51,693 bases of DNA from an uncultured bacterium. Its GTDB lineage: Bacteria > UBP14 > UBA6098 > B30-G16. The DNA is taken from the NCBI GenBank assembly GCA_965552135.1, contig CBEVQY010000019.1, forward strand, positions 1-51,693. The letters are read 5' to 3'. The notes beneath the pieces were generated by a model. It saw nothing but the letters and a program-made list of their open reading frames with translations. It was not told where the DNA came from and did no database searches. Shown in pieces: positions 27,440-36,598 of this stretch (the first letter of the stretch is position 1; every line of letters begins with the position of its first letter). The translations under genes were made by a program, and so were the position numbers.

Positions 27440-28105
27440 ATGGAGAAAACCAAGACCTTCGGGGCTGCTTTTCTCGTCGTCCTCTGCGCATTCGGCGCCG
27501 CATCACCGCAAAACGTCGGGATAAGATGCGGCATAGGGCAGTTCGCCTCCCAGGCGGAGGAGATAGACGGAAGCACAGGGAACTCGTACATGCTTTCGAT
27601 GCACGTTCAGCCAAAAGGCTCTTTCCGCATCGACCTGGGGGTGAGGTACAACGGCACCGAGGAGACTGAGCTTTCGCTTGTTCCGGCAGCGACAGCGTTT
27701 CTGGAGGTTCAGCGCCTGACCAGGAGGATCGGATACACGGGCATCTACATCGCCCCGGGGCTTGACATAGACCTTTCGCAGGTTGGTTCGGGCTTGGGCG
27801 CGTATGCGTTCGCCGGCGGGGGCGTGGCGTTCACCACCGTCGTCAACCGCGTCGACTACGCCGACACGGCAACAACCCCGCTGTACAAGATCGAGGAAGA
27901 CCACGAGAACTGGAAGCCCTTTTGGCTTTTGGGCGGAGGCGCGAAGATACAGATATTCTACATCGGCATATTCGGCGAGTTCGCCTATTACGACGGCGAG
28001 CCGCTCAAATACGACCCCATAACCGCGTACGGCATCGAGCTTATGCCCGGCGGCACGGTAAAACCCCGAGGATTCGCCGCATACGTCGGGCTCTGCTGGA
28101 ACTGA
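27440..28105 (+). CDS. Outer-membrane beta-barrel protein (small, OmpA/PorT-like)
   Basis: Signal peptide; alternating aromatic/Gly strands (AYAFAGGGVAF, LLGGGAKI, IFGEFAY); terminal strand YVGLCWN. Confidence 0.65.
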   Translation: MEKTKTFGAAFLVVLCAFGAASPQNVGIRCGIGQFASQAEEIDGSTGNSYMLSMHVQPKGSFRIDLGVRYNGTEETELSLVPAATAFLEVQRLTRRIGYTGIYIAPGLDIDLSQVGSGLGAYAFAGGGVAFTTVVNRVDYADTATTPLYKIEEDHENWKPFWLLGGGAKIQIFYIGIFGEFAYYDGEPLKYDPITAYGIELMPGGTVKPRGFAAYVGLCWN

Positions 28106-28128
28106 AGAACCATCCCCGCGTTTTGCAA

Positions 28129-28157
28129 TTGAAACAAAAGCCCTCCGATGCTATACT
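28129..28157 (+). promoter_or_regulatory. Extended -10 sigma70 promoter of the C25 protease
   Basis: TTGAAA-17 nt-TATACT with upstream TGn, 10 nt before ATG 28168. Confidence 0.6.
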
Positions 28158-28167
28158 TACCTGCAGG

Positions 28168-31100
28168 ATGGTTAGGAGGTACAGCGTGAGCCCTTGGGTC
28201 GTTCTCCTTGTTTTGTGGAGCTTTTGTTATCCCGCCACATGGCTTTTGGGTGACGGAGCCACAACGCTCGAACTGGAAAGCTGTGATCTTGTCACGACGA
28301 AGCTTTACCTTCGCTGCGGCGAGCTTTCCGCAAGATCTGTTCAAACGCCCTACGGTGCGTTTGCGGAGCTTAGCATGCCCGGCGCAGATCCCTCTGCGGA
28401 GGTGGGCGCGCCCAAGCTCCCCGTCGTGCGCGTGTGGGTGGAGGTCCCCCAGGGCGGAAAGCCCACAGCCGAGTTCATCCCTGGCGATGTGACCACCGTG
28501 GCGCTTTCAGCCTTCGGTCTTCCCAGCGCCGTCTACCCGCGGCAGCCGCCCGCGCCAAAGGTGCCGGGATACACACCACAGTTCACACTCAACGCGGCGC
28601 GATACATAACGGATCGCTTCGCCTTCGACGAGCCCGCGGTGGTGATCGACGTCGTTCAGGCGCGGAACCACAGGCTTGCGCTCGTGGAGGTGCGACCCGT
28701 AAACTACAACCCCGTCACAGGCGTGCTTGCGGTGGCTGAGGACGGAACGCTCCTTGTGGAGACGCCGACCCCCGACCTTGCCGCCACAGAGAGCCTGACA
28801 AGGAGGCACAAATCCCCCCTCTACGACGCCGTCCTTAGGCGGATCGTCGTCAACGCCGGCGCCTTCGAAGCGCTTTGGGTCGTGCCCACCGAAATCGAGA
28901 TGATAATCGTGACAGACGCATCCTTTTCCTCGCAGCTTGATCCGCTTGTGCGCTGGAGATGGAGAAAGGGCTTTGAGGTTGATCTCAAAACTGCCTCGGA
29001 GCTTGGCGGCACCGCAGACGCGATAAAGAACTACATCCAGAGCCGTTACGAAAGCGACGATGTCGACTTTGTGCTCCTCGTGGGCGACGTCGCCCAGGTC
29101 CCAACATTCACCGGCGGAGAATCCGGAAGCTCCTCAGACAACCCATACAGCGAGCTTGCCGGCGCCGATTTCGTCCCCGACTGTTTCGTCGGAAGACTCT
29201 CCCTGACCTCGGCGACGCAGGTGGCGGAGATGGTGCAAAGGATACTGGACTACGAGCACCTCTCGTTCGGCTCAGGCGCGGAGTGGACGGAGGGCACCTG
29301 TCTGCCCGCAAGCGACGACGCATCGTACCACACGCTCGCCGAAAACACGCAGAGGTATGTGGCGTACAACCACTTCATTCCGCAGGGTTACACCCGTGTC
29401 GACACGATCTGGGCGTACTACGGCGGCACCGGCGCAGACGTCATAAACTCCGTCAACGCGGGCGTTATGACGCTTATTTACACCGGGCACGGCTACAACG
29501 CCGGCTGGGCAGGTCCCGAGGTCGACCAGGACGACGTCCGAAACCTCGCAAACCAGGGAAAATACCCGATGGTCCTCTCATTCGCGTGCCAAACGGGAAT
29601 GTTCGGCGAGTACAACGAGTGCTTTATGGAGACCTGGATCAGGCAGACGGACAAAGGCGCCATCGCGTCCATGGGCGCTTCGGACTACACCTACTGGTAC
29701 GAGGACGACGTCTTCGAGCGGAGGATGATAGACTCCGTCTTCGTCTCCGGCTGGTGCTTCACGTCCGGGATGCGCCTCAAAGGTCTTATGGCTGTCTACG
29801 CCTCGTATCCGAGCAGCGCGGAGTACTACTTCGACGTGTATAACCTCCTCGGCGACCCCTCGGTTGCGCTTTGGTGGGGTGAGCCGCAGGATATGGTTGT
29901 CTCGCATCCCGAGGTTGTGCCACCGGGAGAGGGGGAGGTTTCTGTGTCGGTATCCTGTGGCGGCACGCCGTTGCCCGAGGCACTTGTCTGCATAACGAAC
30001 GACAGCACAATCCATCAGGCTGCCTACACCGACGCCTCGGGGAGTGTGACGCTTCCTTACTCGGGCGCCGCACCCGGAGAGACTCTGTGGGTCACCGCGA
30101 CCGCGTACAACAAGCTCCCATATGAGGATTACATCGTCGTTGCCGGAAGCGGGCCGTTTTTGGTCTACCAGAGCCACACGGTTCAGGACAACGGCGGTTC
30201 CGGCTCTTTGGGCGATGGCGACGGCACAGCCGATGCGGGCGAAAGACTCGCCCTGTGGGTAACGCTTCGCAACGCCGGAAGCGAGCCCGCATACGGCGTC
30301 TCCGCAGCGATCTCGACGACATCGCCATACGTCTCCGTCGTCGACGACGAATCGTACTACGGGAACATACTTGCCGGCACGTCGGGCAGCCCTTCTGATC
30401 CCTTCGTCGTGCAGCTTCTGGGCATGCCGCCCGACAGCACCACAGCAAGCTTTGTGATCACCGCAACCGACGCACCCGGATCGACCTGGACGGACGAGTT
30501 CTCGCTCCTGCTGCGCGCGCCGATGCTCAGAGTCGAGGGAAATAGCTGGCTCGACGCCGACGGAGACGGCTTCGCCGAGCCGGGCGAGTGGGTCGAACTT
30601 TCCGTCACCGTCGGGAACGCGGGCGGAGACGACGCAGAGTCGGTCGCCGGCACAGTAAGCGAAGACGACCCCTACGTAACGATAACGCTCGACAGCGTGT
30701 TCTTCGGCGACATATCCGCAGGCGGCGCGGCAACGTCGGCGCCAAACTACAGGCTCTCGATATCCCCAAGCTGCCCAACGCCGCGGCTCGTGAAGATATA
30801 CCACACCGCAAGCGAGGGCAGGGGATACTCCTTCGTCGATACCCTTTCCCTCGTTGTCGGTACGTGCGGCTTTTACGACGACGCCGAAAGCGGGCTTGAT
30901 CTTTGGAGCGCCGGCGAATACTGGCACACAACGACCTATCGCCACAACTCGGGCACCCACGCCTTCTACGTCGGCGACGAGGAGTGGGCGGCGCCGTTCC
31001 AATATCACGACACGCTCAACACAAGCCTCACAACCCTCACGCCCGTAACGCTGCCGGACGCCCCAACGCTTAGCTTCTGGCACTACTACGAGGTCGAGTA

Positions 31101-32445
31101 CGGATACGACAGCTGCTTCGTTGAGGTCTCAAGCGACGGCGGCGCAAGCTGGTCGACCCTGGGGAGCTACACCGGTCCGTCCTTCGGATGGCGGTTTGCC
31201 GCCTTCGACCTCTCGCCCTTCGGGGACGCCGGCGACGAGGTCCTCCTGCGGTTCAGGTTCTACTCCGACGGCGGGGTACACAATCACGGCTGGTTCATCG
31301 ACGACGTCTCGGTCGCCCCACAGGCGCAGGGGTACGTTGGCGCAGGTGACGTCTTCCCGAAGGCGGGCGCGCCGGGCGACACCTTCACCTACCGCATCAC
31401 ATACGCCAGCCCGAACGGCTATGTGCCGACAGGCGCAATCGTGTACATCGACGGGATCCCGCACGATATGACGGGCGCGTTTGGCAGCATCTCCACAGGC
31501 AGGGTTTTCGAGCACAGGGCGGCGCTTGGCGAGGGCGCGCACACGTTCAGGTTCGCCGTGGCAATAGGCCCAGATACGCTGCGCTTCCCCGAAAGCGGAG
31601 CGCTCTGGGGACCGGTCGTGGCGGAGCCTACCTACGACTTCGACCTCGGAACGTCCGACGGCGGGTTCACAACGCAATCCTTCAGCTACTACCAGGACTG
31701 GCAGTGGGGCGCACCCAGCTTCGGACCACCGGGCGTCCCCTACGGCACAAGCTGCTGGGGCACGCAGCTTGCATCAACCTACCACGATAGCTCCCAGTCG
31801 CGGCTTATGTCGCCAACCTTCGAGATACCCGACGACGCGTACCTCGTGATCTGGCACTGGTACCGCGCCCAACCAAGCGACATCCCCAGGAAGCACGACG
31901 GCGGCAACGTGAAGCTTTCGGTGGGGGGCAGCCAGCCGTTCGTGATCTTCCCGCAGGGCGGCTACGACGGTCACGCCTCGATGTACAACCAGTTCGTCAG
32001 GCGGCAGCCGATATTCGGCGACACGCTCGAGGCGCGCTGGCAGGAGGAGTCGTTCGACCTCACGCCCTGGGCGGGGCAGTCGGCGCAGGTCATCTTCGAC
32101 TTCGGAAGCTCGTCGAGAAACACCGAGGCAGGGTGGTACATAAACCGCGTTATGATCATCTCGGCAGTTGCTGCCGAAGCGCGGCAAAAGCCACCCGTCC
32201 CGGAGAGGATCAGGATATCCGCCGCGCCAAACCCGTTCAACGACAGGTGCGCCATCGCCGTCGAGCTGCCCGATGGATGCACCGAGGCACAGCTTAAGAT
32301 ATTCGACATCCGCGGCAGGTGCGTCGCCGCCTTCCACCTCTCGACCGGAAGGAACGAGGTGGTCTGGGATGCGTCGTCGGCGCCAAGCGGCATCTACTGC
32401 GCGAAGGTGCTGAACCAAACGAAAAGGCTCCTTCACGTGAAGTAG
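28168..32445 (+). CDS. Gingipain-like C25 cysteine peptidase with propeptide, Ig/CARDB-like and jelly-roll domains and T9SS type-A-like CTD (1425 aa)
   Basis: Start MVRRYSVSPW; propeptide G.PKLP; FVLLVGD, SDNPY, VGRL; catalytic YTGHG and SFACQTG; YNLLGDP; two DGDG.A..GE domains; SFWHYY...YD...VEVS.DGG..W; C-terminus PNPFN...IFDIRGR...WDA...SGIY. Confidence 0.9.
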   Translation: MVRRYSVSPWVVLLVLWSFCYPATWLLGDGATTLELESCDLVTTKLYLRCGELSARSVQTPYGAFAELSMPGADPSAEVGAPKLPVVRVWVEVPQGGKPTAEFIPGDVTTVALSAFGLPSAVYPRQPPAPKVPGYTPQFTLNAARYITDRFAFDEPAVVIDVVQARNHRLALVEVRPVNYNPVTGVLAVAEDGTLLVETPTPDLAATESLTRRHKSPLYDAVLRRIVVNAGAFEALWVVPTEIEMIIVTDASFSSQLDPLVRWRWRKGFEVDLKTASELGGTADAIKNYIQSRYESDDVDFVLLVGDVAQVPTFTGGESGSSSDNPYSELAGADFVPDCFVGRLSLTSATQVAEMVQRILDYEHLSFGSGAEWTEGTCLPASDDASYHTLAENTQRYVAYNHFIPQGYTRVDTIWAYYGGTGADVINSVNAGVMTLIYTGHGYNAGWAGPEVDQDDVRNLANQGKYPMVLSFACQTGMFGEYNECFMETWIRQTDKGAIASMGASDYTYWYEDDVFERRMIDSVFVSGWCFTSGMRLKGLMAVYASYPSSAEYYFDVYNLLGDPSVALWWGEPQDMVVSHPEVVPPGEGEVSVSVSCGGTPLPEALVCITNDSTIHQAAYTDASGSVTLPYSGAAPGETLWVTATAYNKLPYEDYIVVAGSGPFLVYQSHTVQDNGGSGSLGDGDGTADAGERLALWVTLRNAGSEPAYGVSAAISTTSPYVSVVDDESYYGNILAGTSGSPSDPFVVQLLGMPPDSTTASFVITATDAPGSTWTDEFSLLLRAPMLRVEGNSWLDADGDGFAEPGEWVELSVTVGNAGGDDAESVAGTVSEDDPYVTITLDSVFFGDISAGGAATSAPNYRLSISPSCPTPRLVKIYHTASEGRGYSFVDTLSLVVGTCGFYDDAESGLDLWSAGEYWHTTTYRHNSGTHAFYVGDEEWAAPFQYHDTLNTSLTTLTPVTLPDAPTLSFWHYYEVEYGYDSCFVEVSSDGGASWSTLGSYTGPSFGWRFAAFDLSPFGDAGDEVLLRFRFYSDGGVHNHGWFIDDVSVAPQAQGYVGAGDVFPKAGAPGDTFTYRITYASPNGYVPTGAIVYIDGIPHDMTGAFGSISTGRVFEHRAALGEGAHTFRFAVAIGPDTLRFPESGALWGPVVAEPTYDFDLGTSDGGFTTQSFSYYQDWQWGAPSFGPPGVPYGTSCWGTQLASTYHDSSQSRLMSPTFEIPDDAYLVIWHWYRAQPSDIPRKHDGGNVKLSVGGSQPFVIFPQGGYDGHASMYNQFVRRQPIFGDTLEARWQEESFDLTPWAGQSAQVIFDFGSSSRNTEAGWYINRVMIISAVAAEARQKPPVPERIRISAAPNPFNDRCAIAVELPDGCTEAQLKIFDIRGRCVAAFHLSTGRNEVVWDASSAPSGIYCAKVLNQTKRLLHVK

Positions 32446-32523
32446 GCGCCCAAAGCTGCAGCACTTCTCCCGCGAATCCGCTTGCAGGCGCAGAGGCGCA
32501 GTCTATCTTTCCATTTGCACAAT

Positions 32524-34707
32524 ATGGCGGAAAGGCTCGAGGAAATAGTCGGCACCGTAAACAAGGTCATCTACTACAATGAGGGCACCCAGTACGCCGT
32601 CGTCCAGCTTCTCCCCGATGGCGAGCTTTTGCCGGTTGTAGCCGTCGGCACTATGCCGAAGCCAGTGGAGGGGCAAAAGCTGCGCCTGGTGGGCAGATGG
32701 GTGGAGCACAAAAAGTACGGGCGACAGTTCCAGATAGAAGACTTCAGAATAGATATGCCCTCCGACAAAGGCGCGCTGCTTAAGTACCTTTCGTCGGACC
32801 TCATAAAGGGCATAGGTCGCGTTTACGCGGGCCGCATAGTTGAGAGGTTTGGCGCCGACGCGATAAACGTCATCCTGCATCAGCCGCATAGGCTGCTTGA
32901 GGTGGAGGGGATAGGCGAGAAGCGCGCCAAAGCTATATCGGATGCTGTTCGCAAGGCGTACACCGAAAAGCTTGCCCTTCAGAAGCTTGCGACGTTTCTT
33001 GTGCAGCACGGCTTCGGCGTCGGCACTGCGAAGCGCATCTGGCGCAAGTACGGCGACAGCGCCCTCGACGTGGTAAAGCAAAACCCATACCTGCTTGCGG
33101 AGGAGGTTTACGGCATAGGCTTCCTCACCGCCGACAGGCTCGCCGAGAGGCTCGGGATATCCCGCGACGACCCGCGCAGGATATCGGCCGGAATCGCCTA
33201 CGTCCTCAACCGCGCCACCGAAGACGGGCACTGCTTCCTGCCCCAAGATGAGCTCGTCGAGCGGGCATCGTCTGTGCTTGCCGTCGAAAAGGGGGTCGTC
33301 CTGGAGGCTTTGGAGAGGGCTTCGGCGGAGGAAAAGCTCATAAACGACGACGGCAGAATCTACCTGCCCCGACTCTACGCGGCGGAGGAGAGCGCTTCGG
33401 ACTTTCTCGCAAAGCTCTGCGCCCTCCCTCCCGCAAGGTCGGTTTCGGTCGTTGAGGCGGAATCCCTTTGCAACGAGGCGCAGCGCGAACTCGGGATACA
33501 CTACACCGCGGAGCAGCGCAAGGCTGTGGTCCACGCGATTTCGGGCAAGGTAACGGTCATAACCGGCGGTCCGGGGACCGGCAAGACAACGGTGGTGCGA
33601 GCACTGCTTTTTGCAGCAAAGAAACTTGGCTGGCGCACAGAACTTGCCGCTCCCACGGGAAGAGCCGCAAAAAGACTTGCGGAAACAACGGGCGCACAGG
33701 CGAAAACCATACACAGACTCCTTAAGTTCAAACCCGAGCTCGGGCGGTTCGAGCTCTCAGACGAAAACCCGCTCCAGACGGACCTGCTCATCCTCGACGA
33801 GGTCTCGATGATCGACGTGGAGCTTTTCAGGGATCTGCTTTTCGCGCTTCCGCCGACATCGAGGCTTGTTCTGGTGGGCGACGCAAACCAGCTGCCGTCC
33901 GTTGGTCCGGGGGCTGTGCTGAGGGATGTCATCGCCTCGGGGTGCGTGCCCACGGTGGAACTCACAAGGATCATGCGCCAGGACGAGCAAGGTCTCATCG
34001 TGCAAAACGCCCACCGCGTCCTGCACGGAAAGATGCCTGTGATCCGCAACGCAGAGGGCGACGACTTCTTCCTCCTCCGCAGAACCGCCCCCGAGGAAGC
34101 ACAAAAAGCCGTGGTCGACCTCGTGTGCAGAAGGATTCCGAGAAGGTACGATTACGATCCCGTCGAGGACATCCAGGTGATAACGCCGATGCACAAGGGG
34201 CGATGCGGCGTCAAAGAGCTTAACGCGCTTTTGCGCCTCCACCTCAACCCAAACGCGCATAAGGTCGAAGGCTTTCCCTTCGCCCCCGGCGACAAGGTCA
34301 TGCAGACCCAGAACAACTACGACCTCGGCGTCTTCAACGGCGATATTGGCGTCGTCGTCTCCGTCGACGCCGAGAGGGGTGAGGCAAGCGTGAGATTCGA
34401 CGAAAGAACGGTGACCTACGAAAGCTCCTACCTGCCCCAGCTGCAGCTCGCGTACGCCATAACGGTCCACAAGTCGCAGGGGAGCGAATATCCGGCGGTG
34501 GTCATGCCGCTCCTTACGGAACACTACATAATGCTTGCCCGAAACCTGCTCTACACGGGGATAACGCGCGCGATGGAGCTTTTGGTGATAGTTGGCAGCG
34601 AGAAGGCACTCGGCATCGCCATAAGGAACAACAAGCCGACAAGAAGGTACACCGCCCTCGCCGAAAGACTCAGGGACAAGCTGCGCTTCTACTCGACGGG
34701 AGGTTAG
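32524..34707 (+). CDS. recD2: ATP-dependent RecD2-like SF1B DNA helicase
   Basis: OB/HhH N-terminus (KGIG, NPYLL, GIGF.TAD), Walker A GGPGTGKT, APTGRAAKR, DEVSM, GDANQLPSVG, YAITVHKSQGSE; start ATG 32524. Confidence 0.95.
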   Translation: MAERLEEIVGTVNKVIYYNEGTQYAVVQLLPDGELLPVVAVGTMPKPVEGQKLRLVGRWVEHKKYGRQFQIEDFRIDMPSDKGALLKYLSSDLIKGIGRVYAGRIVERFGADAINVILHQPHRLLEVEGIGEKRAKAISDAVRKAYTEKLALQKLATFLVQHGFGVGTAKRIWRKYGDSALDVVKQNPYLLAEEVYGIGFLTADRLAERLGISRDDPRRISAGIAYVLNRATEDGHCFLPQDELVERASSVLAVEKGVVLEALERASAEEKLINDDGRIYLPRLYAAEESASDFLAKLCALPPARSVSVVEAESLCNEAQRELGIHYTAEQRKAVVHAISGKVTVITGGPGTGKTTVVRALLFAAKKLGWRTELAAPTGRAAKRLAETTGAQAKTIHRLLKFKPELGRFELSDENPLQTDLLILDEVSMIDVELFRDLLFALPPTSRLVLVGDANQLPSVGPGAVLRDVIASGCVPTVELTRIMRQDEQGLIVQNAHRVLHGKMPVIRNAEGDDFFLLRRTAPEEAQKAVVDLVCRRIPRRYDYDPVEDIQVITPMHKGRCGVKELNALLRLHLNPNAHKVEGFPFAPGDKVMQTQNNYDLGVFNGDIGVVVSVDAERGEASVRFDERTVTYESSYLPQLQLAYAITVHKSQGSEYPAVVMPLLTEHYIMLARNLLYTGITRAMELLVIVGSEKALGIAIRNNKPTRRYTALAERLRDKLRFYSTGG

Positions 34708-34708
34708 G

Positions 34709-35611
34709 ATGCCGGATACGCCGACGGAAAGCTATCTTTCCGGTCTTGGCGAGGATGAGCTTTCGCTTTTGCGCGAGTGCAGGCTTTGTCCGCGTCGGTG
34801 TGGTGTAAACCGCTTAAAACAGCGGGGCGCATGCAACGCAGACGCAGTGGTCGAGGTCTCAAGCGTCAACCTCCACTTCGGCGAAGAACCGCCGATATCG
34901 GGCTTCCAGGGCTCGGGAACGATATTCCTCACACACTGCAACCTAAGGTGCGTGTACTGCCAGAACTACCCCATAAGCCAACTCGGCGTTGGCAACAGGT
35001 ATTCGATTTCGGAGCTTTCGTCGGCTATGCTTTCGCTTCAGCGCCAGGGCGCGCACAACATAAACTTCGTGACCCCATCTCACTACGTCGTCCAGATAAG
35101 GCGGGCGATAATAATGGCGCGCGAGAGAGGTCTTAGCGTGCCCATAGTATACAACACAAGCGGCTACGACAGCCCCGAGGCTTTGGATATGCTCGAGGGC
35201 CTGGTGGAGATCTACATGCCTGATCTGCGCTACGCGGACGGGGATGCGGCGCGCCTTTACTCCGGAGCTGCCGACTACCCGCAGGTGGCACGCCGAGCCG
35301 TAAAGATAATGCACCAGCAGGTGGGCGACCTCGTCTTAGACGAACACGGCGTGGCGAAAAGAGGGCTTCTTATAAGGCTCCTTGTGCTGCCTGAAAACAT
35401 CTCCGGCACCATAGATACGCTGCGCTGGATAGCCGAAAACCTGGGAACGAACACCTACATAAGCGTTATGAGCCAATACTTTCCCGCCCACCGCGCGCGG
35501 CAGTACCCACCGCTTAGCAGACGCATAACGCCTGCGGAGTACGAAGCCGTGCTGCGAGTCGTCGACGAGCTCGGATTCAAGCGAGGATACATCCAGCCGA
35601 TGCCGATATAA
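34709..35611 (+). CDS. PflX-like radical SAM protein
   Basis: CRLCPRRCGVNR, HFGEEPPISG..GSGTIF, CNLRCVYCQN, HNINFVTP, YMPDLRY. Confidence 0.9.
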   Translation: MPDTPTESYLSGLGEDELSLLRECRLCPRRCGVNRLKQRGACNADAVVEVSSVNLHFGEEPPISGFQGSGTIFLTHCNLRCVYCQNYPISQLGVGNRYSISELSSAMLSLQRQGAHNINFVTPSHYVVQIRRAIIMARERGLSVPIVYNTSGYDSPEALDMLEGLVEIYMPDLRYADGDAARLYSGAADYPQVARRAVKIMHQQVGDLVLDEHGVAKRGLLIRLLVLPENISGTIDTLRWIAENLGTNTYISVMSQYFPAHRARQYPPLSRRITPAEYEAVLRVVDELGFKRGYIQPMPI

Positions 35612-35612
35612 C

Positions 35613-36593
35613 ATGGTCGCTGCGCCCAAAAAGGTCCTTGTGGTCCGCACCGACAGGCTCGGGGACGTCGTCCTGACCCTGCCCGTGGCGCAGGCGCTGA
35701 AAGAGCATCTGCCAGGGGCGGAAATAGGCTTTTTGGCGAGAGACTACACGCTGCCTGTCCTGGAGATGTCCCCTGCGGTGGACATCCCCCTCTCCATCGA
35801 AGCGGAATCGGCTGCGGAGAGGATAAAGGAGTTCGACGCGGCGATCCTCGCCCACCCCACCCCCAAAGACGCCCTCGCCCTCCGGAGAGCCAAAATCCCC
35901 ATAAGGATAGGCACGAAGTACAGGGCGTATTCGTTCCTCTTCACCCACAGGGTTGCGGAGCACAGAAAGCCCTGCCTGCACCACGAGATAACGTACAACC
36001 TCCACCTGCTCCGCCCCTTGGGGATAGACGTTGAGTGGCTCGTTCCGGTTTTGGTTCCGCCCGCCGATGCTTGCGAGCAAGCCTTTGCCGTAGCGCGCAG
36101 ATATGGTCTTGCGGAGGGCGAGTTTGTGGCGGTTCACCCCGGCAGCGGCGGGTCATCGCTTTCGTGGAGCGCGGACAAGTTCAGGGCGTTTGTGGGTGCG
36201 CTTTTTCGCCGCGGCATCCCCTGCGCCGTAACGGCGGGTCCCGGCGAGGAGGCTCTCGCCGAGTATGTCTCCGCCGGACGCGCCCCAATAATCGAAGGGC
36301 TGGGGCTCAAGGTCCTCGCCGCATTCTACAAACTTTCGGCTGCCGTCGTTGCGCCCAACACAGGAACTCTGCACCTCGCCGACGCCGTGGGGACGAAGGC
36401 GTTCGGCATCTACCCCGTCCTGAGGACGATGTCGCCGGCACGATGGCACCCCGCCCGAAACCCAGGAGGCGCCATTGTCCCCAATGTGCCAAGGTGCAAA
36501 CGCTGCTCGCCCAAATGCCCACACTTCCCCTGCGTCGACCTCATCGACCCCGGGGACGTGGCTGAGAGGGTCGCCGAAGCAATCGGATTGTAA
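35613..36593 (+). CDS. Glycosyltransferase family 9 (LPS heptosyltransferase-like)
   Basis: VRTDRLGDVVLTLP, VHPGSG, NTG.LHLA.AVG, C-terminal Cys cluster. Confidence 0.9.
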   Translation: MVAAPKKVLVVRTDRLGDVVLTLPVAQALKEHLPGAEIGFLARDYTLPVLEMSPAVDIPLSIEAESAAERIKEFDAAILAHPTPKDALALRRAKIPIRIGTKYRAYSFLFTHRVAEHRKPCLHHEITYNLHLLRPLGIDVEWLVPVLVPPADACEQAFAVARRYGLAEGEFVAVHPGSGGSSLSWSADKFRAFVGALFRRGIPCAVTAGPGEEALAEYVSAGRAPIIEGLGLKVLAAFYKLSAAVVAPNTGTLHLADAVGTKAFGIYPVLRTMSPARWHPARNPGGAIVPNVPRCKRCSPKCPHFPCVDLIDPGDVAERVAEAIGL

Positions 36594-36598
36594 ACCCC

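Noticed and set aside
27922..28167. Upstream extension of the C25 ORF, and similar extended starts in the ORF track (4552, 7892, 9129, 18608, 42639, 50111)
   Set aside because: They overlap neighbouring genes or promoters. Downstream starts fit signal peptides, SD/promoter positions or family N-termini better.
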